From NCBI GenBank assembly GCA_022813865.1, contig JALDZX010000106.1, positions 1 to 37,163 on the forward strand: a DNA stretch of 37,163 nucleotides. The letters run 5' to 3'. A program made the translations under genes and the position numbers. Positions 10,484 through 23,868 of this stretch are shown one piece after another; the first letter of the stretch is position 1; every line of letters starts with the position of its first letter. This DNA is from Xylographa opegraphella (Eukaryota). The notes under the pieces are model-generated. The model did no database searches. It worked only from the letters and a program-made list of their open reading frames with translations, and was not told where the DNA came from.

Positions 10484-10941
10484 ATGTTGTGTCTACGACT
10501 GATGCGTGCATCTGCGCAAGACGTAAGGTTTTCGCAACAAAGAATACATCAGATCTGCAATGATGCGCGAAACAGGTGGCTCCAAAAGCTCGCTCCCCTG
10601 CTATCACTCACTAACATATATCCAGAACACTTACAACTCGGACTTTCACGCGCCCAAATATCCTGCTGCCACATGCATTCCTTAATTCGAGCTATACAGC
10701 CCTCCAACAAGCAACCACCTCAATCACTTCAATTGCACCGCCCCTGGACCTCCTCCCCAAGATCTCAGGGCATCCTGGGTTAGCCAGCACCCAATTGAGG
10801 AATGGACCACGAGACACGTTCGATCCTAGTCATCGGGTACGAAAGCGAAGGGCCGGATTTTTGGCGCGGAAGAGGACACGGACTGGGAGGAGTATCCTAA
10901 CGAGACGGAAAGTGAAGCGAAGGAACACATTAAGCCATTAA
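10484..10941 (+). CDS. MRPL34: Mitochondrial ribosomal protein bL34m, 2 exons (10484-10575, 10626-10941), 135 aa
   Basis: C-terminus RDTFDPSHRVRKRRAGFLARKRTRTGRSILTRRKVKRRNTLSH* is the L34 domain. Intron GTGGCT...CTAAC...CCAG keeps the frame. Arg-rich presequence-like N-terminus. Confidence 0.9.
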
Positions 10942-11627
10942 GTGGAACGTGCGATGATAGTCGACGTAGAGAAATTCAAGTGATTTAAGCTTCACCCTCT
11001 GTTGACTTTCTATAGGCTATTTACAGGAAAGCTGCCGCACCATAACTTTATGTGACTGCTGGCTTAAGCACGTTGGTTGCGACTTGCAAACACCACAAAA
11101 TTTAAAAATGATTCATCGTAAAAGTATTTTTATTAAAGATACTGCGCGCCGCGGAGCTATTACAAAATAGTCCAGCATGAGGGGGGCCTCTAGCTAAATA
11201 TGCAGAGTAAGGTAGTATAACCACAAAGCCCAAAAAGAATCAACACCTATAGAATTTAAATCAATGGCCTTAATTTTCAGCTCGAAACGTAACATGCCCA
11301 TTAATTATCTCTGGCCTAGCTTTATTAAAACATAATTATTATTAAATTAAATAAATTATTAAATCACCCGGGCGTTTCTTGATTTGAAATTAAAATATAA
11401 AATACATAAATATATTATTATTAAATAACGTCAGGGATACAATAACACGAAAAGTTCAATGAATAATTTAAAATTATAACCTGCGTATATAAATATAAAA
11501 AAAATTTAATTTTTTTTAAAAATTAAAAGCAATTAAATTTAAATTCCCCACGCGTAAAATTTTATTAAATTTAAATTAATCAAATTTATATTTAAAATGC
11601 GTAAAAATAAAATATTATTATCGTTTT

Positions 11628-11889
11628 TGTGACGGCTATGACATCAGTCACAGGTAATAGGGGTCGGGCTGGATCAGGACTAGCACCTTTAGTATATAGT
11701 CTCGCTGTGACGGCTATAACATCAGTCACAGGTAATAGGGGTCGGGCTGGATCAGGACTAGCACCTTTAGTATATANNNNNNNNNNNNNNNNNNNNNNNN
11801 NNNNNNNNNNNNNNNNNNNNNGGTTGAAATCGTCCACCTAAAGCTTACGTTCTAGGCGTGCTTGTGTGGTGAGTTGATGAGCCGTAACA
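11628..11889 (-). mobile_element. LTR family A copy (inverted), with a 78-bp end duplication and an N gap
   Basis: Reverse complement of 32140-32322, with TGTGACGGCT...AGCCGTAACA termini. No matching TSD. Confidence 0.8.
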
Positions 11890-12649
11890 TACAACCACGA
11901 TTAAAAGCAGAATAAACATAATATAAAATAAAAAATTGAATATTTATAAAGTTAAACACTTTATTTATATATACAAAAAGTTTTTAAATTGAGCAGAATT
12001 TTTTTTATTAAATAACGAAATAGAATAAAAGTTTTATAATTAATTAAATAAATAAATTAAAACCCTGCAGACCATGACTGTAATAATAATATAAAATTTA
12101 AACGACGTTAAAAAACGTATAAAACCAATTTTTAAATTATTAAAAATTAATTACATTTATTAGAAAATTTTGAACGACTATTAAAATATTAATTTATACG
12201 AAAGTGGCAAAAAAATTTTTAATAATAAAAAATTTTTTGTGAAAGCGATTAAATTAATAAATAAATTAATATATATATATAATATAACGTAATCGCAACG
12301 ACGGATATACGTTTATAAATCGAAAGGGTAATTTTTTAAAGAGTTTTATTTATATAATGATTAAATCAATTCCTCGATAAATTGATTAATATCGATGTTA
12401 CAAAAGTGTATAATATTATTATTAATAATTATTTATAAAATTTCTGCGAATATAACTAAAAAAACGATATAAATAAATCGAATAACGCTCGCAGAGAAAT
12501 CGTGTTTTAATATATATATTTCATAAAATCGCCTGTAAATGTCTTTTATTAAGTTTAATTTGTACTTTTACTGTGTACTCCCTTTAAACACGGGGTATCA
12601 ACGCCTTATTCATTTTCGGAAACGCAAGCAACCTCTTCTCGTCATGATT

Positions 12650-13054
12650 ATGTGTCATTGTCGCAGTATTCAGCTAGTGCATTGGATCTTGTCAGAACTG
12701 TTAATTGTTGCTAGGAATTGTGCTCGGATCTGTATTGATCTTGGTACTTCTTTTAGCCCGGCGGCCATTTCATTCAATCGTGAAGACCCTTAAGCTTGGT
12801 TTGCCGTGTCATGCTTGGCCGCTTTCTCTTTCGCGTCCCTCCTTTCAACGAGCGGCTACCTCTTCACCTAGCAGTCTGCCAAAGGTTTGTCGTCTTTTTC
12901 GCAGATCTCCCACTGTCTTGACCTTGGGGTAACTCTGGAAGTTAGTGTCTTGTTTTAAACCGGAGGCGCCGGAGGGATTGAAAGATTTGAATGGGTTGAT
13001 CTTGTTAGTTATGCTTTTTGGCCACAATACTGGTCCTTTTTCAAAAGTAGTCAT
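12650..13054 (-). pseudogene. Possible degraded host gene fragment
   Basis: Normal-GC, protein-like reading MTTFEKGPVLWPK...EEVAAR*, continuing in a shifted frame with internal stops. No family recognised. Confidence 0.3.
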
Positions 13055-13424
13055 TTTCCCATGTTCACAGCAGCACGACCCAGTGTTAATAACGGAGGGT
13101 GAGCCTATCGTTCCAAGAAGAAGGGCATTGACGAGTGGCTCATGGATCACAAACATCACGGAAACTACACGAGGTCGATTAATCAATGGCGGGCAACGGT
13201 AAATAAGCAGCGTTAATGTGAAGATGCGGCTGGTTTGGCAAGACTGCCGAGTTTTGGAATATGTGTCGATCTTTGATGTAAAGACGTTCGGGAGCTCAAT
13301 ATAGATTTCCCCTACATTTCAAACGAATTGAAACAGCTTTTAAAAGTCAACAGCAGCAGCATACTTGCATTGAGATCATGGCCGTTTGTGTTCATCTCTT
13401 GGATTCCAGTCCGCAGATATTATA

Positions 13425-14003
13425 TCAAACTGCTGAAACGGGCCCTTCGCCGCCAGGAATGAGCTAAGGTTTGTCAGCAGTGAAACTTAATAGTTAGTTT
13501 AATTCAACAAGCTTATTACCATGCAGATATTGTTGCCATTTAACAATATTTTGCTTAGCTTGATCTGCGTACCACTGTAGTCACTAGAGATAAGTGCATT
13601 AGCTATCGGAATAATACTGATAGGACTTCGCTAAAAGCACAATTCTATCACATCCTCGAGCACCATGTCTCGTCCAGATTGTCAGCATATTCAGTTTAAA
13701 TAGGCACTGACGGTCACCTACTGACATAGTCGTCGAACCCCAGCAAAGTGCCAGCAAACTCTACAAGTATACGATGGTCAGTCTCCAGAACGTTAAGCAT
13801 GGTCCTGGCACCAGATGGGGAAGGCTGAACGCCGACTCGCCTTTGTCGCCTTTCATAATCACCCAGATCCTCGATCCAACGCACTTGTCGATCAGTTCTA
13901 AATATAAGTTGAGCATCAGTAGCTATTGCCTAAAGAGCCGTTTTAAAGGGTAAAGTCACTGGTGTTCGCTTTTCATACCTAATGGAAGTAATTGGGAAGC
14001 CAT
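13425..14003 (-). CDS. LSM5: U6 snRNA-associated Sm-like protein LSm5, 6 exons (14003-13979, 13897-13841, 13760-13722, 13668-13641, 13583-13520, 13463-13425), 83 aa
   Basis: Spliced translation [83 protein letters not shown] (252 nt). Four GT-AG introns and one GC-AG intron. Confidence 0.95.
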
Positions 14004-14107
14004 TGGCGTAAAGCGTTAATCACAAAACTGATTTCGAATCTGAATACGTTTTTATGATCCTTCAACCAGAGACAGACGATCAACAATTAAAGGGTATAGG
14101 AATTGGG

Positions 14108-14127
14108 CTTATATAATGGATCACGTG
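14108..14127 (-). promoter_or_regulatory. TATA-like box and CACGTG E-box upstream of LSM5
   Basis: TATATAAG on the minus strand about 105 bp above the ATG, with TCACGTG at 14121-14127. Confidence 0.35.
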
Positions 14128-14258
14128 GTGAGATTAGCGGCCCCTATATAGCGTAGCTTCGTAGTAGAACAAAACTTAACTTGAAATATAATATTAATAG
14201 TACTTATTGAATTTGAAAGGCGTGAAATTAATTTTAATAAAGGTAAAAAGATATTCAG

Positions 14259-14441
14259 TGTTACGGCTCATCAACTCACCACACAAGCACGCCTAGAACG
14301 TAAGCTTTAGGTGGACGATTTCAACCCAGATTANNNNNNNNNNNNNNNNNNNNNNCTCCATGGGCGAGACTATATACTAAAGGTGCTAGTCCTGATCCAG
14401 CCCGACCCCTATCACCTGTGACTGATGTCATAGCCGTCACA
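14259..14441 (+). mobile_element. Solo LTR family A (183 bp) with TSD TTCAG
   Basis: TGTTACGGCT...AGCCGTCACA, flanked by TTCAG on both sides. Internal N gap. Confidence 0.9.
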
Positions 14442-15619
14442 TTCAGGGTAAAGCCTTAAATATATTTTGTATTTTTTTACAATTGAAAGGTTCGAAAGAA
14501 AATAAAAAAAGAAATAAAAAAAGTTTGCAAGGCTTTCGTTTATTTTTTTAATTTTCTAATTCCCGGGTAATCATATTCGCCTCGAAGACTTTTTTTAAAA
14601 ACGTTTTTTAAAAATTCGAGTTTATACATTTTCATTTTAAATTTTTGATAATATATAAATATTAAAGTTTATTATTAAATATTATTTTATTATTAAATAA
14701 CAAAAAAACGTTTTTAAATAAAAAATTAATTATTTTATTTTTTAATATTTAAATAGCTACGAAATTAAATTTTAGAACGATTATATATTTTTATTTAAAT
14801 AAAATATATAACGCGATTATATGGTGTATTTTATTATATATAAAAAATTGAATAAAAAAGTTTTTTTAAATCGCAACGTTTTTTCCCGAATTTTAATATG
14901 TAATGTAATTAATAAAATTATAAAAATATTTAAAAATCTAAAATAAAATATAATAAAGCTAAATTAATAATTTATTAAATTATGTTTTGCGTGGAATTTT
15001 TTAAAAAGTTTTACGTTCGAGTTGAAATTTTTCGATTAATATTTTAAAATTTAATAATTTAATGAATTCGTTAATCGTTATATTTTTAATAAATATTAAT
15101 TAATAATTAATGCGACCGCGTTAAATTTACTTTTTAATTTAATAATAATAAACGTCGATATATTTAATACGTTTAGAATATTTTTAATTATATAACAATT
15201 CGATCGATCTTCGATTATTTTTAAATACGATAAATTTTTCGAAAAATATTTAATTATAATTTAATAAAGAATTTAAGTTTTATAATTAAATATTTTATAC
15301 CCCGCGCAAGTCGTTATATAGTCGATTTTATAAATAAATATTACGATAATTTTATATTAAAATAATATTTAATTAATCGATTCACCGATGATTTTAAATA
15401 ATTAATTAATAATGAAACGTCGAATATTTACGTCGCCGGCGTGATCGCTATGAATTTATCTTTATATAAAAAATTAATTTAATAAATAATTTCTAAATTA
15501 AGCGTTATTTTGATATGAACGAAAATTTATCGCAACCCGTATTAATAAAATTAATTGGAATTTAATGTAAATTAAAAGATTTTTAAAATTAAAAACTTAA
15601 TATTCGTACGAATATTTAT

Positions 15620-15851
15620 TGTAACGGCGTGTTACATGACAATTTAATAAGTGATAAACGAAACGGGATTAAAGCGCGTCCGGGACTCAGGCTAGTTCGA
15701 AAACGGTTAGAAATCTTGGCGTTAGCACTGTTTATTTTAACTTCCACGTGTATTATTAAACTTGCTTTTTTATATATTATTTTAAATAGAAATCGCTCAT
15801 TATAACTGTGGTTCTAGGCATGCTTTTCTGATGAAATAACGAGCCGTAATA
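15620..15851. mobile_element. Solo LTR (family E, 232 bp), partly mutated
   Basis: TGTAACGGC...GCCGTAATA termini. Flanks TTTAT/TTCAT are a 5-bp TSD differing by one CpA>TpA change. Confidence 0.7.
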
Positions 15852-16412
15852 TTCATTATTAAATATATTGAAAATTTAATTTTTAATTAATTTTTAACAA
15901 TATTTTTAACGTTAATATATTTATTAAATTTTTATAAAAACGTATTAATAATTATAAACGTGTTTATAAAAATAATTTTTCGTAATCGCATTTTTTAAAA
16001 ATTTATTAAATATGATAACGTTAATTTATATAAACGTTCTCGTTAAAAACGTTTCGAGTAATAATAATATTAAAGAAAAATTTCGACTCGTTTAAAATTT
16101 TTATTTAAAATTTTAACAATAATTAGTTTTTTAATAATTAAATAATGATTAATATTTAATTAAACAACAATAAATCGTTAACGTATATTATTATTATAAT
16201 ATTATTTTTATTAATGAATAAAACATAATTCTTAACAATTTATGAAAAGTTTATTTTACGTAAATATTCGAAAGTTTTAATTTATTATATTTTATCGAAT
16301 TATTTATATTTATATAGAAAATTTCGAAATTTATAATAAAAAACTTTCGTCATTTTAAAGTTTATAAATTATTTAACGTAAAATTCTTCTGCCACTTTGG
16401 TGTTTAAACAAA

Positions 16413-16605
16413 TTAATAAATTAATAAATGAATAAATGAATAAATGAATAAATGAATAAATGAATAAATGAATAAATGAATAAATGAATAAATGAATAAA
16501 TGAATAAATGAATAAATGAATAAATGAATAAATGAATAAATGAATAAATGAATAAATGAATAAATGAATAAATGAATAAATGAATAAATGAATAAATGAA
16601 TAAAT
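16413..16605 (+). repeat. (AATAAATG)n tandem repeat, about 24 copies
   Basis: Near-perfect 8-mer array. Confidence 0.95.
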
Positions 16606-17394
16606 AAAATATAGCTACAAAAACGAATAAAAATTTATAAATAAAGAATTTAATTATTAAAATAAAGGTTTTCTTATAATCAATTTCGTATTATTATTAA
16701 AATCCCTTGGCGATTTAACGAATTCTTTATTTAAAAATTTCGATTGAAATGAATGGGTGGAAACAAAATGGTGAAATCTGTATTTTATTAAACGACTTAT
16801 TAAAATGCGTAAAAAGATTACTTTTTTCTTGAAGAATTTTTTTAAATACGATTACGCTAGTTTAACGGCTGTATTAAATTGATAATTATAATAATTTAAT
16901 AATTAATTTAATTTAATAACGAGTTAGCGTTTATATTCCTTTTAAATAATATAAAAATTATTTTATTAAACGACGTTATTTTTAATATTTTTATTCGATA
17001 TTTATTAAATCGCTGACATTTACTACTTTTAAAATTTAGTTAAATAATAATTCATTTAAAATTAAAATTAAATAGTAGTTTAATTTATTTATTTACGATT
17101 ATATTGTGCATAAATACGAAATTATATCAATTTTAATTTTTTAATAGCATTTTTTAATAAAAATGCTTAATAAAATAATAAATAACGTTAATATACTTGG
17201 ATTTTTTGTAAATATAAACGTTTTTAATTAGCGTTAATATTGCTCGATTATTTCTTTTAATTATATTAACAAATCTTTTTAATATTAATTATTTTTTTAT
17301 AATATTAATATTATTTAACTCGATGGTTAAATATTTACCACAGTCGAGGTTTTTAAATAATTATATAATTTAATTTCTTTTTCGCGTAGTTTAA

Positions 17395-20300
17395 TATTAC
17401 GATTCTGCTTTTTCTTAATATAATTCAATTAGGGATCTGGGTTGAATTCGTTAATAAATAAATAAAAAGGCACAGTAATAAGTTAATCGTTCTTTAAGAG
17501 TAATAGTTTTCGTATAGTATTATATTGAAATTTATTTAATTTAAAATCATAACATGAGTTGAATACGCCTTTTACAATAAAGAAAATTCGTTACTCTATA
17601 TAAAAATCCTGTTTTAAATTGCCTTAATTCCCCTTATAATAGCAATCGATAGCAGCTTTTAATGCTTTTTTTGATAACAATCGATAACAGCTTTTATAAC
17701 CCTTTACGATAGCATTTAAAGGTACGCAAATTAGTAAATTTGACTCCCTCGATTTTATTTTATAAAGATAAAAACTTTAATATTAACTCCTTTTTTAAAA
17801 TTCTTTTCTCGTAAGAATTTGTTTTTTTATTATATCGAAACGCTTTAATTATATTTATCGCAAAGAACAGGCAGCGAGTATACGTATTTTGGAAAAGCTT
17901 ATTATATATTCTTGGAATAAATTTATTAAAAGGGGAGAAAATTGTTATATCTCCGCTGATTTTAAAAAGTATACGTTTTGCGTTAAAGGAAATTGTTCGT
18001 ATTCGCTGATTATTGCCGCGGCCGACTGGCGTCGTATAAAAATTTTTTAAGTCTTATTTTCGTATACTTGAACTGAAGGTAGGTTGCGAAGGATCGTAAA
18101 GAGTTAAATCTTCTGCGATTAAAAGAACGTAGGCTTTTTCGCCATGAGTTTTTTAATATTTAAGCTCTGGAAGACGACGCACGTTGAAAAACGAAAACCT
18201 TTATTAACGATCTCGTCGAGGTCCCTTTTTCTTCTCTTTTTTCTTTTGGGACTTTGGAAGTTTCTTTTTCTGAGATTTTGGCTCTACTTGATAATATTGT
18301 TGAAAAAGTTCCTGGCAGTTCTCAAGGCTAGTAAATGATTTTTAAATATTGTTTAATTTTAAATATCCCTTTTATTTATTTAAATAATTCTGACTTTGCT
18401 TGTTCAGAATTTTTTTTACTTCGAATTCCTGGTTTTTTTATTGTATCGAAAGATTATTTGTAATGGAGTACTTGCGTCTGCTGATTTTAATAACGAAATA
18501 TAACATACTGAATATATTTTTGTATTTTTTAGCAGGTTGAGAAGGTAGTTAACTAATTTTTTAACTTACTTGATTAAAAATGGTTCGATTTTAATATAAT
18601 CGAGTTTCTTGCTTCGATTTTTGCTAATTATTAAATTTTTCGTAAAAAAAAATATACTTTATCCCCTCTTTTTAATAAAGATTTATTCTTAGTATTCTTA
18701 TATTTCATAATAAGAATTCTGTCGTTATTTTATTAAATTTTTTTTGTTAGCGCTTCGTACGTATTTTTTTAAATTCTTGGCTAATATTATTGCTTTGTTA
18801 ATATTAAATTCTAGTTTTTTATTTTTAAACAATTTCGAATGTTATTTTATATTTGCGAAAAAGGGCGATATTTTCGTTGTTATAAATTGCTTGTCGTTTA
18901 TTATCACTTAATTTAAAGGCAATAATAATATTTAATTATTTTATTTGAAGCTAATAAAATGTCGTAAATATACTTTTAAACTTTGATTTATTCTTTCTGT
19001 TTATTCACCTATTTGTGGGTAATAAACGGTTGATATTTTTAACTTAATTTTTAGTTTAAATATTAAAGTCTTTTAGAAGTCTAATATAAATAGTTTATTT
19101 TTATTAAATATTATTTTTACTGAAAATTTATAATCTTTTATTAATTTGTTTAATAAAAGAAAAGCTAATTATTTTATTATAAATATTTCCTTGAAAATTA
19201 TAATAATAAAATATTTAATAAATTCATTTATAAGCATTATTATCGAATTATAATTTGATTCTGTAATTGAATCTTTTAACTTTAGTAGTTTAATAATAAA
19301 GTTAATTAAAATTTACTTTTATGATTTTTTTTAAAACGTTTAAAAACTGAATATTTTTATATACTACATGTTCTGTTGATTTACTTTTTTAACATAATAT
19401 ATATTTCTTGATATATTTCTTTACATGCTTTTTTATGTTTGGGAATTTATAGTTTTTTTATAAGTTTTATTGTTTTAATAACTCCTGAATAGCTATTTAT
19501 TGATTTATCGTAATAATATTCAATTATTTTATCTGCTAACAGCTCTGTTAAATCTTTTGTAATTCTTTTTATTTTAAAGACTGCGATTTATTTTGCAGAA
19601 ACGAAAGCTTTACTGCTATCTTTTCGTAACAATATTTCGTTTATTAATTCTTTATTTATAAGGTTTTTTTTCTGCTAAATGCGTTCGTTTTACTATTATT
19701 TTTTCTTAATGTATATATAATTTTGAATTTATATTATTTTAAAAGTTTTACTTATTTTACTTGTTCTACTTGTTTTACTTGTTTTACTTGTTTTACTTGT
19801 TTTACTTGTTTTACTTGTTTTACTTGTTTTACTTGTTTTACTTGTTTTACTTGTTTTACTTGTTTTACTTGTTTTACTTGTTTTACTTGTTTTACTTGTT
19901 TTACTTGTTTTACTTGTTTTACTTGTTTTACTTGTTTTACTTGTTTTACTTGTTTTACTTGTTTTACTTGTTTTACTTGTTTTACTTGTTTTACTTGTTC
20001 CACTTGTTTTACTTGTTTTACTTGTTTTACTTGTTTTTATATTAAATACTATTATCGTAGTGAAATTTAATAAGTTTTTATAAATCGTATAAATGGTAAA
20101 TTTTAAGCAGCTTTTTGTATATATTTTTCAATTTTAAATAAATATTATTATAACGAGTAGTTCTTTATCGTGAATGTTATAGTTTTGTTCTGCCTATAAT
20201 ATTTTTTTTGAATATTATATAATAAAGTGCTATTTCCCATCTCGTATTTTTAGTAAATATATATTTACGGCGAAGTTTAATGCGTTTTTTTATTCTCGCA

Positions 20301-23300
20301 GGTTTTTTTACTTAAAATATTATTAAAACTAATGGTTCTGTACAATTTTTTTTAAAATATTAAAGGCTCGTTATTGGTTCGAATTTTATTTAACGCTTCT
20401 ATTTTTATGTATCAAATTTGTTAAAAGTATCGCCTTTTCTAAGTAATCTTTAATAAACTTTTTATTAAAGTTTGTAAATTCTAGGAATTTTAAAATCTTT
20501 TCTGCTATTATTGGTTAAGACTATTCGAGTATAATTCGTATTTTTTTAAATTTATTTTGATTTCGTTTTTGCTAATTATGAATTTTAGAAAAACTATTTC
20601 TTTCTTGTTAAATTTATATATTATTCTGATTTCAAAAACAATTCTGCTTTTTCTAAATATATAAATATATTTTATATATACTTTATATATTCATTTACTA
20701 ATTTCGAGTAAATGAATATATAGTTTAAATAAATTACCACCGTTAAGTTTAAATATGTTTTTAGTACGTTGTTGATTAATGCTTAATAAGTAATTAGTAT
20801 ATTAATTAATTTAAAGGGCATAATTTAATATTCGTAGTATTTATATTTGCTTCGAAATATAGTTTTTTATTTCTCGTTTTCTTTTATTTCAATTAAATTA
20901 TATACGTTTTTAAGGTTAAATTTAATAAAGATTTTTGCTTTGCTAAATCTGTTTCATATTTCGCTGATTTTCGGTAAAGGATACCGATTTTTAATAATGA
21001 ATATCGTTCAACTTTCGATAATTAATGCAAGATTTTTAACTTCCGTTTTTCTTAAGTATAAATATTACGGGATATTCTGCTGAAAATTTTAATTTACGTA
21101 TAAATTCATTTTTTAAACTTTTATTAATGTATTTGCGAAGCTTTTGAAATTCTTTTTCTAATATATTATATATAGATTTAAATGTTGGCTCCTTTCCTGG
21201 TTCGAGGTTGATTTCACAGTTTCAAGGTTAGTATTTAAATAAAATATTAAATCTTTTCTTTTTCTAAAAAAACTATACTTTATACTTTTTAGAGATATTA
21301 AAAAATGCGTTGCTTTTTTTAAATTTTAATTTAATTCGCTTTACTAACCTTTTTTGATACTTATTGAGTCAAACCCTCGAGTAAAATCGTTTTTATTCGA
21401 AATTAAAATTTCATAATCTCGATCGATTTTCGATTTTTTTTAATTTACTATCGTGTTCTGTCGATATATAGAATATATATTAATAACGCAATTAATATAT
21501 ATTTCAGTAAATATTTTTTCTTAGTTTAAAAACACGTTGTGCTTAATTTATTAAAATAAATTTAAAATAATATAATATCTAGCCATAATAACTATATTAA
21601 AGACTATTTTTATAGTATTAATGAATACTAATAAAAAATAGCTTTTTATACCGTTCGTTTTTTTTAATGATTTATCGATTATTATTATTTGAATTTATTT
21701 TAAAATTAAAAACTCGAAGTCGTAGCTCTCCGCGGAAGTACTGAATATATAATTTAAATTAGTTTCAATATTTAATAATGCGGTTGTTTAATAATTATTT
21801 ATTTTAATCGAAATCTTTGTAAAATTTATATAGTTTGATTTTTTTAGTATGTTTTAATGTATATTATATTAATTTACATTTTTTTTATAATATATAAAAT
21901 TATCTTTTTCCCCGTTCGAGGTAGCCGTAAATTTCTTTAATTTTTATATATATTATATATTCTTTATAAAAATATTATTATTCTAACGAATTTTCGCAGT
22001 CGCTTCTTTTCGAACGAGTTTCCTATATAATAAAACTATTACAAGATTCCTGTATATATCTTAAAAATATAAATATTTTCGTTTTTCTCGAAGGTGTCAA
22101 GGGCATTTATTTTTAATGTATTTATTTCTAAGTTTAAATACTATAATAGGCTTTTTCTATATAGCTATTGTAATTACAATTTTTAATAAACTTTGCAGTA
22201 CGTGCTTGTACAAGTATTATTATATATTAAATTATAATATAAATATTTCGAATTTACTCGATAGTTTTATGCATTTATTTTTTTAATTTTTACCGACGTT
22301 ATTAATTCGTTAGTTTTTTTGTAAATTTGGTTTTCGGGATTATTTGGCACGATATTTGTTTCCTTGGGATTTTTCTTGATTTACAAGCTATTAATATTTA
22401 AATCGTTTTTTTCGTTGTTGTTAATTTCTACTCAAGGGCAATTTTCTCTGTATTAAATATTGATTTTTCTAACCTTTTTTTATTTTTTGCTGGTACTGGC
22501 CTGATTGTTTCAAATTAAAATAAATTTCGTACTTTTTTTTGTACAAAAATAGCTGGTTATTTTTTTTAAATTTCGACTTTATCGAATATTTTAAATATAT
22601 ATTTATTTATGATCTAGGTATTTTATTTTTTGATCGATAATTTTTAATAGTATAGCCGATTTTTTTATATCCGTAATAAATAACTTAAATTTTTTTACCC
22701 CGTAAGTATTATTTTCCAAATCCCTGCTTTTGCTTTTAAAATATATTAATTTCTATTGGCATTAATTTATAAAAGTTTGACGTTTTATATAATATTTTTC
22801 TTGCTTTAAAGCCGGTTTTTTAATAATTAATTTTCATCGTGCCTTCGATCTCGGGTCTGCGTTTTATAGCCGCTTCGTATAGTTTATTATTAATTTTTAT
22901 ATATTTTAATTATTTAATCTATGATCTCGATTACGGTATTAATTTTTATTAACATATTTTTTAATAAACCTTCGAGTCTTCTACGGTATATTATTATTAA
23001 AACGTTGTCGTTTTATTTAATTCAAATCGCAAACTGTTGGAATCGAGTCGAGTATTTTATATAAAAAAAATTATTTGAAATACTATATAATTTGTATCGC
23101 TATATTCTTTTCGTTTAATAATCTGAAAATTCTTTTGATTTCGATTTTAAATATCGCAAAGCTTTTTAATTATTTTGAAGTTTTCGTTGTTAAAATCCTC
23201 CAAATATTTCTTAAAATAAAAGGCGATCAATTTTTAAACTTGTCCTCGTATGTATATAATATCAAAAAATAACCTTTTTAGTTCTGAGACACTATTTCCC

Positions 23301-23868
23301 TAAAACTCGAAGAATATATTTATTTGTATAAACCAGTCCTTTAGATAGTTTTTATTTTTTTTATATTTATCGAGTTTTTTACCTCAACGCGATTATTTTC
23401 TTTTATAATATTTTTTATTGCCTTTTGTAATATTTAAAATTAAATTTAATCGTGCTCCTGATACACTCGTTTTAAAAGTATTCAAAATATTACGATTTTA
23501 TTTTTTATTAACATAATTCGATTTAGAATCTATGTTGAATGCGTTAATAAATAAATAAAAAAACATAATAACAGATTAATCTTTTTTTAAGAATAATAAT
23601 TTTCGTATAATATTGTATTGAAGCCTATTAGTCTAAGATTATAATATAAATTAAACACGTTTTTTATAACAAAGAAAATTCTCCACTTTATATAAAAGTT
23701 TTATTTTAAGATACCTTAGTTCCCCCTATGGTGGCAATCGGTAGCAGCTCTCAGTGCCCTTTTCGATGGCAGTCGATGGCAGCCCTCGATGCCCGGTGGC
23801 ATTTGGTGGCACAAAACGAGTAAATTCGACTCCCCCGGTTTTACCCTGTGAAAGTGAGAATCTTAATA
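17395..23868 (-). mobile_element. Full-length RIP-degraded Ty3/Gypsy chromovirus (family C LTRs 17395-17782 and 23488-23868)
   Basis: Direct LTRs of about 385 bp and a purine tract next to the 3' LTR. Relics of protease (~21770), RT (CINYRKLNDI..KNRYPLP ~21000; VVIYLNYI = YLDD ~20730), RNase H, and a chromodomain (EFEVKKILNK..KGY, 18300-18430). Confidence 0.9.
19745..20036 (+). repeat. (TTTTACTTG)n 9-bp tandem repeat, about 32 copies, inside the Gypsy RNase H region
   Basis: Near-perfect array. It accounts for the CFT/QVK/FYL pseudo-ORFs. Confidence 0.95.

Noticed and set aside
11628..11821. 78-bp tandem duplication and the ORFs at 11592-11841
   Set aside because: It abuts an N gap in a repeat, so it may be an assembly artefact. 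The ORFs are LTR sequence.
11628..14441. Composite transposon carrying LSM5 between two family A repeats
   Set aside because: The right copy has its own TSD (TTCAG), so it inserted independently. There is no shared outer TSD.
16413..16605. Telomeric or CRISPR-like array
   Set aside because: Not TTAGGG-like, has no spacers, and the context is eukaryotic.
19723..20070. ORFs encoding (CFT)n, (QVK)n and (FYL)n
   Set aside because: Translations of a stop-free 9-bp tandem repeat inside a dead Gypsy element.
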